NCBI GenBank assembly: GCA_964035545.1
Contig: OZ037769.1
Span: forward strand, 8,971,929-9,035,928
Direction of reading: 5' to 3'
Source: Bugula neritina
Lineage: Eukaryota > Animalia > Bryozoa
Length of the DNA: 64,000 nt
Both the position numbers and the translations under genes were made by a program. The notes under the pieces are model-generated. The model made no database searches, had not been told where the DNA came from, and saw nothing but the letters and a program-made list of their open reading frames with translations. Below are positions 35,836 through 48,829 of the stretch, piece by piece (position 1 is the stretch's first letter; the number at the start of each line of letters is the position of its first letter).

Positions 35836-38387
35836 CTCAATATTGTTTTGCATTAAATACTGTGATAATTTGTGGTGGTGCTTGTCCAGCCGCCCCAGTT
35901 TCCTGGAGAGCCCAGGGTAGTGTTTTCAATGTTAGAGCTGTTCCTCCTAGCCAGTCTCCTCCAGTTGCCACCCTGCCTCTCTCTTTCTTTCTTTAGAGGC
36001 TAGTTGAGTTTTACAAAATTGCAATGCTAGCTGGCACAAATGTGATAATTTATGGGTATGCACTAACTCAACTAGTGAACATAACTCTCTGTTGAAAAAA
36101 AAGAGAAGACAATTTCAGTTAAAAGGTGTCTTTATTTAATAGCTCAAAATAAAAATATACCAAGTGTCTGTATATTGCCAGCCAATAGAGTTTCTTGCTA
36201 AACAGACTTACTACAGAATTTTTTGCAAAAAATTATGGAAGTTTTTCTTTCCAATGAACTGCTTTGCTGCCAACTACTTTATTTTGTGTTGGTAATAGCT
36301 ATGTGCTATGGTATTACTACTCATTGGTAAATACAATGTGCCTAATATTGTAATACTTATACTAGTACTGTTACATAAGCATACTGTATGTCTTGTGCAA
36401 GAAAACAAGATATTTCTAACTTGAAAGTATTATGCTGTGACTATTGAGTTTTAAATGCTTTATGGCAGGTCTTTGTACAAAAATCAAAGCAGTTTAGAAA
36501 CTGCAGTACCATAATTGTAAATCACAAATTTGGTTTTCATTTGCAGTACACGAAAGAGGGACCAGACAAAGTCTATAAATATAATGGAGGAAGATGAGAG
36601 AGTTACTGTAAAGTTAGCTATATATGAAAAGCTTCAGTACAATTTTGTACAACATTCTATAAAGTATAAAAAAGGAAACACACTCATTAGCAGAGTACAC
36701 TGTTTACTGCAACACTACAATTCCTAGGTCAGTTAGCTGCTTAGAGACAGAAACAATGCATGATTTAATATCTTAAAGTTGTGAATATTGCAAAATTTGA
36801 GACCAAATTTTGTAAAAATAAATAAATAAATTAGTAGTTCAAAAATCACAGAGCAAGAATTGCAATATAATTTATATAGTTAATATTTTTCAGTCAATTA
36901 CACTCATATTCAAAAGAGTATATAATGAATGACATCATGGGGGTTTCGCTGAAATTAGTTATTCCTACAGAATCTGACGTACTCAGGGAGGTATATGAAA
37001 GACTTAACCTCTATTTCATTCAGAGGTCAATAAAGTACGATGTGAAAGAAGAGCTCAATGAACCATGTCTATAATGATTCACTTAGACAATGAAACCAAA
37101 ATTCAACGTGAATACGAAAGTTTCAATCTCGCAGTGAATGGAGCAGATGAACAGTCAAAACTTTCATGTATGAGAAGTAAAGTCAGTGATGTTTGCATTA
37201 ATCTACAATAAATAAAGTAAAGAATTTGCATGACAGAGTCATAAAATACAACAGTATAGAAACATTGACGGAGGAAAATATGTTTGGTACCAATTTTCAA
37301 ATTGATGGCATATTCAGCGACTGCAAGACAATTTATTGTAAGTAAAACATATGTTTTCATAATAACAGTTAAAATCACATGATCATGTTGCTTAGTAGTT
37401 ATACTATAGTAGTCATACTATAACTTAATCACTTGCCATAATTGTATGTATGTTAAATTTTGTCCTGTAATGAAGTATATACTATTTATACCGCTTATTA
37501 ATTACCTTTATATTTACAGATAGACTAGACACTCAGGTAGGAGAACTGGAAAGACCAATTAGTTGGAAACAGAGAATCATATACCTTTTTATTTGCAACT
37601 CTTGTAAATCAGACTAATTAGAGTACAGGCTCTAGACTGGGTTGTGAGAATTAAATGGCAGTTTACATAGAAATATAATGCAATCAATTATTATATTATT
37701 TTAATTTGATATAATTTAGATATAACTTTTAATTTGGGTATACTAAATTGTTTAGCATCAGGTAAACATTTGATATTAGGCTGCTGCAAGACTTTTAATT
37801 TTGTAATCCTGGTTTATTATATAAGAAAGACTTATCCAATCAAAAACTTATATCATTTAACTTATTGCAATTCACTTGCATATAAACATTATTATTTTGA
37901 CAAACAACATCAGAATATAATTACAATTTCAAATTTCTGTAACTTGGTAATTTAGTCAGTGTTCAAAAAATTACAACAATATTAATTAGTTCTTGACATT
38001 ATCAATAGTGGTAAAATATTCTAAACTATCAAATTCTATTAAATTAGAACGTGATTGGACTTGGGAATAATAGAATATATAGTGCTGACTGTTGCTTTGC
38101 TTTAAATGCTTACTTCAAACACCTTAGTAATAACAGGAAGAAACATTATTTAATAAATAGTTATGTTTTATAAAATTTATTGAAATTGAAAAAGTTAATT
38201 GTACACTTGGAAATACAATAAATGAAGTAAAAGGAAAATGTGTCAAGTTACACAACATAAAATGACAAAAAATTTGTCAAGAGAAGTGGTTAAATTTGTA
38301 AAATGAAAAAATTTGCACAAAAATTTAAAAAGCTAGTATTATTGTTATAAATAGATAAGTTTATATACCATATTGGTAAGTTGGATA

Positions 38388-39041
38388 TTAAAGTTTCTGA
38401 AGATATTGGTCCAAGAAATCTGCAACTCTATTACATTCATCTTCATCCTCATTGAAAGCTTGAGGGAACTCAGTAAAGCTAACAGAACTAGGCAAGAGAA
38501 CATTGTTGATCACACTTTCACTGTCTATACTATTTTCTAACTCCTGTATGATATAATAGTAATATTCCTCTTGGGCATTATCAATACAACTCTGTTCACC
38601 AAAATAATCAGTAAAGTTCTGTTCTTCAAGATAGTTGATAAAGTTCTCTATTTCAGAGCTAATCTCATTGTTATATTCCATCTGACCATTCTCTTCAGAA
38701 CCTTCACCTTGATCTTCATTGACTTCACTTTGATTATCAATACCTTGTGGTTCATCATCATCTAGTGATTCGGAGGATGAGAGCACATGGGTGCACAACC
38801 CTTCTTCTGGATGCATTTTTAAATATTGATTTCGGAATTTGGATTTAGGCAGCAGTTTTATGTTGTCTATTGTTTTACAAATTGCCAACCGTTTTCTTAA
38901 ACTTCTGTCCTTTTTCTTCAGCACTTTCAAATTCTCTTTTCCAAGTTTTACCAACTGTTTTCTTTTCTTTGAAATCCTCTGGTCAATGCAAGCACATGCA
39001 TTGCTACCATCTGCGCAACTTCTTCTAACAATAACCCTCAT
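38388..39041 (-). CDS. SERTA-like domain protein, paralog 1 (217 aa, acidic C-terminus)
   Basis: RKQLVKLGKENLKVLKKKDRSLRKRLAICKTIDNI fits SERTA spacing; acidic tail ending DFLDQYLQKL; 5' UTR intron 39434-39050, TATAAA 39620-39615, AATAAA 38181-38176. Confidence 0.7.
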   Translation of the reverse strand: MRVIVRRSCADGSNACACIDQRISKKRKQLVKLGKENLKVLKKKDRSLRKRLAICKTIDNIKLLPKSKFRNQYLKMHPEEGLCTHVLSSSESLDDDEPQGIDNQSEVNEDQGEGSEENGQMEYNNEISSEIENFINYLEEQNFTDYFGEQSCIDNAQEEYYYYIIQELENSIDSESVINNVLLPSSVSFTEFPQAFNEDEDECNRVADFLDQYLQKL

Positions 39042-41070
39042 AGTAGTGTCTGAAGTAAGATGAATTACAATAATGTATTTGATAGTTGCAGAAACTCTGA
39101 CAACGTTTTATGCTGAACAAGAAGTAAGTTGAGTAAATTGTATTGTATGCTACTCCTGTCAAGAATTATTTAAAACAGTCAAAGAGGATCTGTTCTCTAC
39201 CATATTACCCCTGGCTAATTAAATCCAGATTTTGCTTTCTTATTTTCTTCAGAATATAATGTACATTAGATTGAAAATAAAACTTTTATGTAATAAAAAA
39301 CTCACACTTTACTTATAAAACCAAAAATTTCATCATAATAACTTGAGCAATATCATACAAAGATGTGCTAAACTTAAATAATTGCATTTCTTGTAAGAGT
39401 TTTAAAAGCTAAATATTTGTTATATCACACATACCTGTACAAGAATGATAATTGTAGTTTCAGTCAGAAATCTTAATCAAATGAGTTTCTTCAACCAAGT
39501 GAGACTGAGAAATCTAAAAGTTGAAGCTTCTTGTTAAAACTGAGAATACAATTTACTTCTAACAGAGCAAAATGTAGAATGATTCAACATGAACTGCTGG
39601 AACAGCTATAGGTATTTATATTGAGTAATTCCAAAGCTATCCTATTGTGTGAGAGCTGTGGTAGCCAAAGAAATTGTATATTTAACCCGTCTTAAAGCTT
39701 AATAATTGCTGTATAGCGTTCTAAGATATGTTATTAACAATAATTGTCATGCTCAGAAGTAATAAGGTGAGAGATAGATGAGCTTAAATTTAATATTCTG
39801 TAAAAACTGTATAAGTATTTAATTGTAAAAATTTAAGAAAATCTTATATTATAGTAGTACATTGCTCTATCTGATTGTTACAAATACTAAAAATATACTA
39901 TTGAATATTAAATTACATGTAATTAGTAGTTTAAACATATAATATGTTTTTAATATGATTAGTCATTTTTGGAATCCATAAAAATAGTTGATTTCACAAA
40001 TACCAGAATTGAAAGATTTTCACATCAGCAATATGCTTGAATTTGGAATTGAACCTCAATAACTGTCGTCATAAAACAGCTCATATTAATACTGAAGGTA
40101 AAAGAATATTATATCATTGTGATTTAACCAGTTGCAGAATTTATATGCAAAATTTAAATATCTTCAAAAACTCATGATTTAAGAAGAAACAATAATTTTA
40201 GAGAAACTAAAATAGCAAAGACTGAAGTTGAAAAGATACATGCTTTAGTTGTTTACAATATAAAGCTTTTAGTGTTGATTTCATGCGTGCAAAATGCATG
40301 ATAGCAAATAATAGATTTTGTAATTTTCACAGACATTATTAAATAATGACTTGTAATTGTTTTGCAAACTAACATAACGATTTGCATAATTAGTAGATTT
40401 ATATGAATAGCTGTAAGCTTCTGTTTGAATACTATCATTTCTTCCTATTGCTTATTTGTTTTCTGCTTTGTTGTTTATTATATATGAAACAAGTCTCTTT
40501 TACAAAAATGTCTTGTCTTGCAGTAATATTACTTTTTTGATAAATAATAAATTTATTGGATTGAGGATGTATCAGCTGCATGCCATGTATGACAAATAGA
40601 GTAGCATCCATAAATAACAACTTGCACTGTTGTGTTTATCTATTTTAATTGTACTGATTACTATCAACCTCCAATCTCATACATTATGAGTCTAAATAAT
40701 TATACTCTTTTCTACTAAAAAATATGAAATTATGCTTTGCCGGTTTCTGTGTGCAAGAAAGAAAGATTGGCTAACTCTTACAAATAAGTTTATTCTCAAA
40801 ATGAACAGATTGAGTCATCTGTTAAATTACAATTTATATTTTTCAACCTATTATTGTAAATGACTACAACTCTACAGCCATATACCAGTTGCATAATATA
40901 TGAACAAAAGCTTCTCAAAACATAGCATAGAAACACAAGACTAGGAAAATACAGATGAATACATTTAGAAAGAAATGGAAAGAAAATTTGCAATGTAAAC
41001 TTCAGTTACATGCCAACGTTGTGGACAGTTGAATCTACCGTATCTGCATATATCAGTTCAGGTTGATAGC

Positions 41071-41610
41071 TCACAGAGTAATTAAATAATCTAACATAGA
41101 AAGTATGGCTTCATCATTTTCAGCTTCATCCTCTACTGGTGTATGAGTTGTCTCCACAACACTGGGTGTGTCTTGGAACACCGTATCCATGGTGACATCA
41201 CTAACATCATTGGTATTCTCTTCTGTGTTAGGTTGGTTATTGTAGTCATAACTCTCAAGATTGTCACTTTCCTCAGCTTTATTTCCACTTTGACCTTGCC
41301 TTCTAACCCCATCATTTCGGCCATTTTGTACTCTAATTTCTTCACCATTGTATGAAGAATTCGAAGGAAATGCATGAGAACACAATCCTTCTTCTGGACA
41401 CATTTTTAAAAACTGCTTTCTAAATCGAGATTTGGACAAGAAGTGAATTCTGCAGAGAGTGTTACGAAGAATCAATTGCTTCTGCAAGTTTTGATCTTTG
41501 GCATTGAGCTCTTTTAGATTTTCCTTTCCTAGTTCGAACCACTGCTTTCGTCTTTTCTCTATCTTTCTCTTGATGCAGTTTTCTCTATTTCTTCTAATTC
41601 TAACCCTCAT
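41071..41610 (-). CDS. SERTA-like domain protein, paralog 3 (179 aa) in the palindrome spacer
   Basis: ATG at 41610 after acceptor TTTTATAG|ACACAAAA; RKQWFELGKENLKELNAKDQNLQKQLILRNTLCRI; shares SKSRFR..LKM.PEEGLC.H with paralogs 1 and 2; acidic tail ending SMLDYLITL; AATAAA 40794-40789. Confidence 0.7.
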   Translation of the reverse strand: MRVRIRRNRENCIKRKIEKRRKQWFELGKENLKELNAKDQNLQKQLILRNTLCRIHFLSKSRFRKQFLKMCPEEGLCSHAFPSNSSYNGEEIRVQNGRNDGVRRQGQSGNKAEESDNLESYDYNNQPNTEENTNDVSDVTMDTVFQDTPSVVETTHTPVEDEAENDEAILSMLDYLITL

Positions 41611-44600
41611 TTTTGTGTCTATAAAATAATTATGCAATTTTTAATTTCAAGAAGGTTTATTGCTACAGTTTGACATTCTTGAAAAATGGGAATATTCCCA
41701 GAACAAAATAAAATAACTTTATGAAAAAAAATACCATTTGCACTGTTTTGTTAATAGTTTATTTAGAAAAAATTCATCATTTTATGTATATGGAAAGTTT
41801 AACAACAAACCTAATTTTAAAATCAATGAAACTCAAAAAAAAATAAATGCAAACCACTTTCAAAGCCAGTGCCTTGAATGCTTTTATTTCAATACTTTAT
41901 TGGTTTATTTAGCATTCTTACCTTGTCAGTAACAGTCACTGTATCCAATCAGGTATAATATTTTAGATTCAAATTGAGTCCTTTTTACCAACTCTGACTG
42001 AGTATGTTCTGTATAGAGTGAAAGCACAACCTGCCTCTACCACAATGCAAATGCAAGTGATGATGGTAGTAAAGCTCCTACAACCTTTTGGTTTATCAGT
42101 TGAAGCTGAGTTCAAGCTTTTCTATTGTGTTTACTTAAATAGCTATATTCATAAAATAGCTTTTTTTATCTTGTAATCTTTCATTTTAATTGTTATAAAA
42201 AGCTAATTGAATTCCATTTTCTCCAAGCAATAATGGTAATTCTGTTTCAACTAGCTTTCCTTAATTGATCACAAACAATACTGTAATATGACATTTTCAA
42301 ATAATCCATTTTCATCTAAGTTTTAGTACGCCACATTATATATTATTTTTATAGCCTGTCATACCTTACTTTAAACTTAGTTACATTATATACGTGTAAT
42401 ACAATAGTCTACATATAAACACCATATATTTGACTTTGCTGCGTTTAATAAAATTGAAAGCAGGTGCTTTATTTAAATAAATTTAAGAAGCTTCAACGTT
42501 GGTAAACAAATAGCACTACTATAATGTCTAAACTAAAAAATCCAGGTGATCTAAAACGTATTTGTTTGAAAACTTACAGATTTTCAAAAGAGTAAAATAC
42601 TATTTCAAATTGGAAATAATTATTTGCTCTGCCTAAAAAAGTTTAGCTGGTGCTATATTGCTTATGAACACACTTGCAAGACCTTCATTGGCTTTCATAC
42701 TACTTTATACAATATAATTGGATTAAAAATTTCTCAAATTATTTTTAAGACATGGTAATCTCATTTGTGCAAAAAAACTCAGAATCTAATATTTCCCACG
42801 GTTATGTTGTAAATGAATGACCAGACCGCTACTTTAAATAAAGTGAATAATTGTGGTAGCATGCAGTTATGTTTTCTAAAATACATTACAATTGATTGCT
42901 GATTGCACAGATTTAAATACAATAAATGAAGTAAAAAGAAAGATGTGTGATGGGGTATCATGCAGTAGGCCCTACCACTAAAATAGATAATAGATAAACA
43001 CAAAACAGTGCAGGTTGTTATTTATGGATGCTACTCTGTTTGTCACACATGGCATGCAGCTGATACATCCTCAATCCAATAAATTTTATATTTATGAAAA
43101 AGTAATATTACTGCAAGACAAGACATTTTTGTAAAAGTAAACTTGTTTTATATACTGTATAATAAATAACAAAGCATAAAACAAATAAACAAAAAGAAGA
43201 AATAAGAATATTCACTCAAATGTTTACAGCTATTCATGTAACTCTACTAGCTATATTGCAGATCATTATGTTAGTTTGCAAAAAATTACAATGCTCATTG
43301 AAATGTGGTATTCAAGTATGAGATAATTGCAGAATAATTTATTTGCCACCATTTTCACACATAAAATCAACACTAAAAGCTTTATATTGTGAACAACTGA
43401 AGAATGTATCTTTTCAACTTTAGTCTTTGCTATTTTAGTCTTTCTGAAATTGTTGTTTCTTCTTAGTTAAGTTTTTGAAGATATTTAAATTTTTCAGATG
43501 AATTCTGCAACTAGTTGAATCGCAATAATAAAACATTTTTTCACCATCAGTTTTGATATGAGCCGTTTTTATGTTCAATTCCAAAGTCAAGCATATTGTT
43601 GACGAGGAAATGTTTCATCTCTTTTTGAAGGTGTCATTCCAAATAGACTCCTCCCTGTTAAAAAATATTTGTTTAATTTGGAACAATATATATTTCGTTT
43701 GAAATTTATGTGAATATTATTGAACTATATACATGTATATTTACATAAACTTGGATTAATTGTTTGTTATTTAGCGCATAAATAAATTTCTGCATTAACT
43801 TATTAATTTTACATTTTCTATACTGCTTGTTCTTTGGAAAGACATTCGTTAATAAGTTTCTATTAAAGGTATAAATGTCTATTATTAAATTTATTGTTTT
43901 ACTTTTTTGTCCCATGCAAATCTGTGAAAATTGAAATATTATTCCAGATAATTCATATTAGCTATTATTTGATATTTAGTAATTAATATATGTAGGTATA
44001 TTATTATATATATATACCAAAATACAAAACAGCGTCTAAATGAGAACTGCAGCCTATATCTGGGATGAAACCCTTTTGGAGTCAATTACTTTTTCTAGAT
44101 TCCGAAAGGATGAATCATGTTGAAAATTTATTGTATGTTTAAACATCTAATTACATCTAATTTAATATTCAGTAGGCCTAATATATATTTTTAGGATTTG
44201 TAACAATCAGATAGAGCAGAATATTGTACTAGAGTGTGTACACTACTATAATATAAGATTTTCTTAGATTTTTACAATTAAATACTTTTGCAGTAATTAC
44301 AGAATATTAAATTTAAGCTCATTTATCTCTCACCTTATTACTTCTGAGCATGGAAATTATTGTTAGTAACATATCTTAGAACTCTATACAGCAATTATTA
44401 AGCTTTAAGACGGGTTAAATATACAATTTCTTTGGCTACCAGAAAGCTCTCACACAATAGGAAAGCTATAGAATTATTCAATATAATTACCTATAGCTGT
44501 TCCAGCAGTTCATGTCAAGTCATTCTACATTTAGCTCTGTTAGAAGTAAGTTGTATTCTCAGTTTCAACAAGAAGCTTCAACTTTTAGATTTCTCAGTCT

Positions 44601-45026
44601 CACTTGGTTGAAGAAACTCATTCGATTAAGATTTCTGACTGAAACTACAATTACTATTTCTGTTCAGGTATATGTGTGATATAACAAATATTTAGCTTTT
44701 AAAACTCTTACAAGAAATGCAATTATTTAGGTTAAGCAGTTATTATGATAAAATCTTTAGTTTAAGCAAAATGTGAGTTTGTAATTACATAAAAGTTTTA
44801 TTTTCAATTTAATTTACATTATATTTCGAAGAAAATAAGAAAGCAAAATCTGGATTTAATTAGTCAGGGTAATATGGTAGAGAACATATCCTCTTTGACT
44901 GTTTTAAATAACTCTTGATAAGAGTAGCATACAATACTACTTACTTCTTGTTCAGCATAAAACATTGTCAGAGTTTCTGCAACTATCAAATACATTATTG
45001 TAATTCTTCTTACTTCAGACACCACT

Positions 45027-45608
45027 ATGAGGGTTATTATTAGAAGAAGTTGGGCAGATGGTAGCAGTGCGTGTGCTTGCATTGACCAGAGGATTGCAGA
45101 GAAAAGAAAACAGTTGGTAAAACTTGGAAAAGAGAATTTGAAAGTGCTGAAGAAAAAGGACAGAAGTTTAGGAAAACGGTTGGCAATTTGTGAAACAATA
45201 AACAACATAAAACTGCTGCCTAAATCCAAATTTCGAAATCAATATTTAAAAATGCACCCAGAAGAAGGGTTGTGCACCCATGTGCTCCCATCTTCCGAAT
45301 CAATTGATAACAATGAATCACAGGGTATTGATGATGAAGGTGAAGTGAATGAAGATCAAGGTGAAGGTTCTGAAGAGAATGGTCAGATGGAATATAACAG
45401 TGAGATTAGCTCTGAAATAGAGAGCTTTATTAACTATCTTGAAGAACAGAACTTTACTGATTATTTTGGTGAACAGAGTTGTATTGATAATGCCCAAGAA
45501 GAATATTACTATAATATCATACAGGAGTTGGAAAATAGTATAGACAGTGAAAGTGTGATCAACAATGTTCTCTTGCCTAGTTCTGTTAGCTTCACTGAGT
45601 TCCCTTAA
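45027..45608 (+). CDS. SERTA-like domain protein, paralog 2, truncated by premature stop (possible pseudogene)
   Basis: Near-identical to paralog 1; CAA to TAA at 45606-45608 removes the last 24 residues (ancestral stop 45678-45680); TATA reads TATAAT (44482-44487); 5' UTR intron 44668-45018. Confidence 0.7.
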   Translation: MRVIIRRSWADGSSACACIDQRIAEKRKQLVKLGKENLKVLKKKDRSLGKRLAICETINNIKLLPKSKFRNQYLKMHPEEGLCTHVLPSSESIDNNESQGIDDEGEVNEDQGEGSEENGQMEYNSEISSEIESFINYLEEQNFTDYFGEQSCIDNAQEEYYYNIIQELENSIDSESVINNVLLPSSVSFTEFP

Positions 45609-48600
45609 GATTTCAATGAGAATGAAGATGAATGTAACAGAGCTGCAGATGTCTTGGACCAATATCTTCAGAAACTTTAATATCTAACTTACTAATATAT
45701 AAACTTATCTATTTATAACACGAATACTAGCTTTTTAAATTTCTGTGTAAATTTTTTCATTTTACAAATTTAACCACTTCTCTTGACAAATTTTTTTGTC
45801 TCTCTATGTTGTGTAACTTGACACATTATCCTTTTACTTCATTTATTGTATTTCCAAGTGTACAATTAATTCTTTCAATTTTAATAAAATTTAGAAAAAA
45901 TGTCTATAAAATAAATAATATTTCTTCTTGTTATTACTGCTATGTTTGAAGTAAGCATTTGAAGCAAAGCAACAACCAGCACTATATTACTCTGTTATCT
46001 CCAGATTTAATCACAATCTAACTTAATTTATGTATTACCAGTCACTAAAGAATAAAAGAAACGCAAAACACTGATTAAGTTGATTTATAGTAGTTCAAAA
46101 TACATTTAATGTAGAATAGAATTTGATATTTTAGAATATTTCACTGCAATTGATAATGTCAAGAACTAATTATTAGTTTTGTAATTTTGTGAACAATGAT
46201 TAAATTATTAAATGACCAAGTCACAGGTTTTTAAAATTGTATTTCTTTTTAAATATTATTGGGCAAAATAATAACAATATGTGCAAGTAACTAGCAATAA
46301 GTTAACTGATATATGTATCTAATTATATAAGTTTTTTATAATAAACCAAAATTCAAACACTTGAAGTATTGCAGTAACCTAATATCAAATGTTTACCAGC
46401 TAAAAAATTTACTATATCTAAATTATATTAAATTAAAATATAATATGTTATATTTCCATGTAAACTGCCATTTTATTCTCATATAACACACTCTATAGCC
46501 TGTGCTCCATCTAGTTTGATTTGCAAGAGTAGAAAATAAAAAAGTTAATGATTATCTTTTTCCAGCTAATTGGTCTTTCCACTTTCGTCTCCCTGAGTAT
46601 CCAGTCTATCTGTAAACATAACGGTACTTAATAAGCAGATGTATTATTTTAGTATATATTTCATTACAAAACAAAATTTAACACACATACAATTAATGCA
46701 AGTAATTAAGTTATAGTATGACTACTATAGTATAACTACTATGCAATATGATTGTGTGACTTTAACTGTTAGCATACAAACATATTTACTTACAAAAAAC
46801 TGCCTTGCAGTCACTGAAAATATGCCATCAATTTGAAAATTGGTACCGAGCATATCTTTCTCAAAGTTAATGTTTCTAGACTGTTGTATTTCATAACTCT
46901 GTCTTGCAAACTATTTTCTGTTTATTGGTAGATTAATGCAAATATTACTGATTATACTTCTCACACATGAAACTCTTGACTGTTCATTTTCGTCATTTAC
47001 TGCGGAATTGAAACTTGTCTTATTACCTTGACTATTAGATTGAGCTTCTCTTTCACATTGTACTTTATTGAGCTTTGGATGAAATTGAGGTCAAGTCTTT
47101 CATATACACCGCTGAGTTCGTCAGTTTGAACGGAACTCACAGGATATCATCCACTTTAGATATCCATATGGTATACTGAAAAATTAATCATGAATTATAT
47201 TGTAATTCTTGCTCTGTAATCTATGAACTACTAATTTATTCTTACAAAATATGGTTTCAAATCTTGCAACCTGAAAATATTAAATCATGTATTGTTCCTA
47301 TCTCTAGGCAGCTAACCAACCTAGGAGTGGTATTGTGACAGTACACAGTGTACTCACCAAATATGTGTGTATCCTGTTTTATACTTTATATAATGTTATA
47401 CAAAGTTGTGCTGAAGTTTTTCATACATAATATGTATGAAACACTTCAGTACAACTATGTGTGACATTATATAAATCTGTCTAGTTTGCTGAGATAAAAA
47501 GGCTCGTTGCTTAGGCTTGAAAAATGTAAACAAATAATCCATAAATTATTCCTGACTTGCTTACTTTAAAATTGAATTGACTGTCTTAAAAACGCCAAGG
47601 TTTTTGAATATCAATATCTGAAGTTCTATTTGCACTAGAGACTTCAAATAAATTGCAAAATGATTGCAAGGATATGATGCTCTGTAACTCCGTACTAATA
47701 ACTCAGTTTTAAAAATCTGACATACGTTCCCTGTTTTGTGGTGGGTGGTCACATATTTAACTTTAGAGTAACTCTCTCTTTTTTTCCTTAATTATAGACT
47801 TTGTCTGATTCCTCTTTCATTCACTGAAAATGAAAACAAAAATAATGATTTATAATTATGGTACTGCAATTTCTAAGTTGCTCTGATTTTTGTACAAAGA
47901 CCTACTCTAAAGAATTTAACGGTTACTGCCTAAAACTTCCAACTCATAAATACCTTGTTTTCTATAAAAAGGCATATGATATATCTATCTAAGAGTAGTA
48001 CTAGTAATATACATTATTACACACAGTTTACTTACCTATGAGTAGTATTACACTATTAGTACACAGCCATTACAAACACAAGTCAATTTAATTGGCAGCA
48101 AAGAAAAAAAATATAAAAACTTCCATAATTTTGCAAATTTATGTAATCAACTTTGTTGTAGCAAATTTGTTCAACACAAACTTTTTTGACTGGCAATTAC
48201 GAGTAAAATCTGAATACGTTGTGTCAGCATCATGTTATCAATGATTGTCTTGCTTAATGTAATGATATTCTTTAACATTTACTGCAGATATATTTTACAT
48301 CATGTTTTATTTTATAGTGTATTGTTCAACACAGTGCTATTTAGTGGAACTATACAAATGTTTAATTCAAGAGAAGACAACTCTAGTTTCCTTTCAAACT
48401 AATAACTGCTCATGCAAAATACAGAAAAAAATAGTTTACAGAGTTAAATATATCGGCCTAATACAATACAGTAAAACATATTATATGCATATGATATGCA
48501 GATATATTATACTGTCATGCAGGCAATATTCAAATATAAAACAGAAAAAAGAAAGTCATCTGGTGGTTTTTTTTCAAAAATATATGTTTATGTTATGTAC

Positions 48601-48829
48601 TGATATCAAAAGTCCAGCTTTTGATATTCAAGCATAAATCAGTTTATTCTGATGTCTGGAATACTATAAATAATTGTATACAATAATAATGCATATTCAG
48701 TATTCCATTAACATCTCCTTTGCATTTATTTGACAATACTCAACAACAACAAAAAACAAACTAAAAACTGATGTGATTAGCAATATGATATTGTAGTTCA
48801 ATGTCTTGAGTCATAAGTAGTATAATAGT

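Larger units (their letters stand above)
36174..48197. repeat. Large inverted segmental duplication: arms about 36174-40645 and 42980-48197, 2.3-kb spacer
   Basis: Colinear reverse-complement matches throughout, e.g. 36468-36525 vs 47845-47903, 37395-37430 vs 46700-46740, 38388-39900 vs 44185-45680, 40500-40640 vs 42990-43140. Confidence 0.9.

Noticed and set aside
44864-45662. Antisense ORFs overlapping the SERTA-like genes (also 38571-39063 and 41143-41355)
   Set aside because: Shadows of the coding strand; their similarity follows from the duplication.
36174-48197. Giant transposon with multi-kb TIRs, or Maverick cargo
   Set aside because: No TSD, no sharp conserved termini (the outer ends are the most diverged), no transposase, and it lies outside the Maverick TSD.
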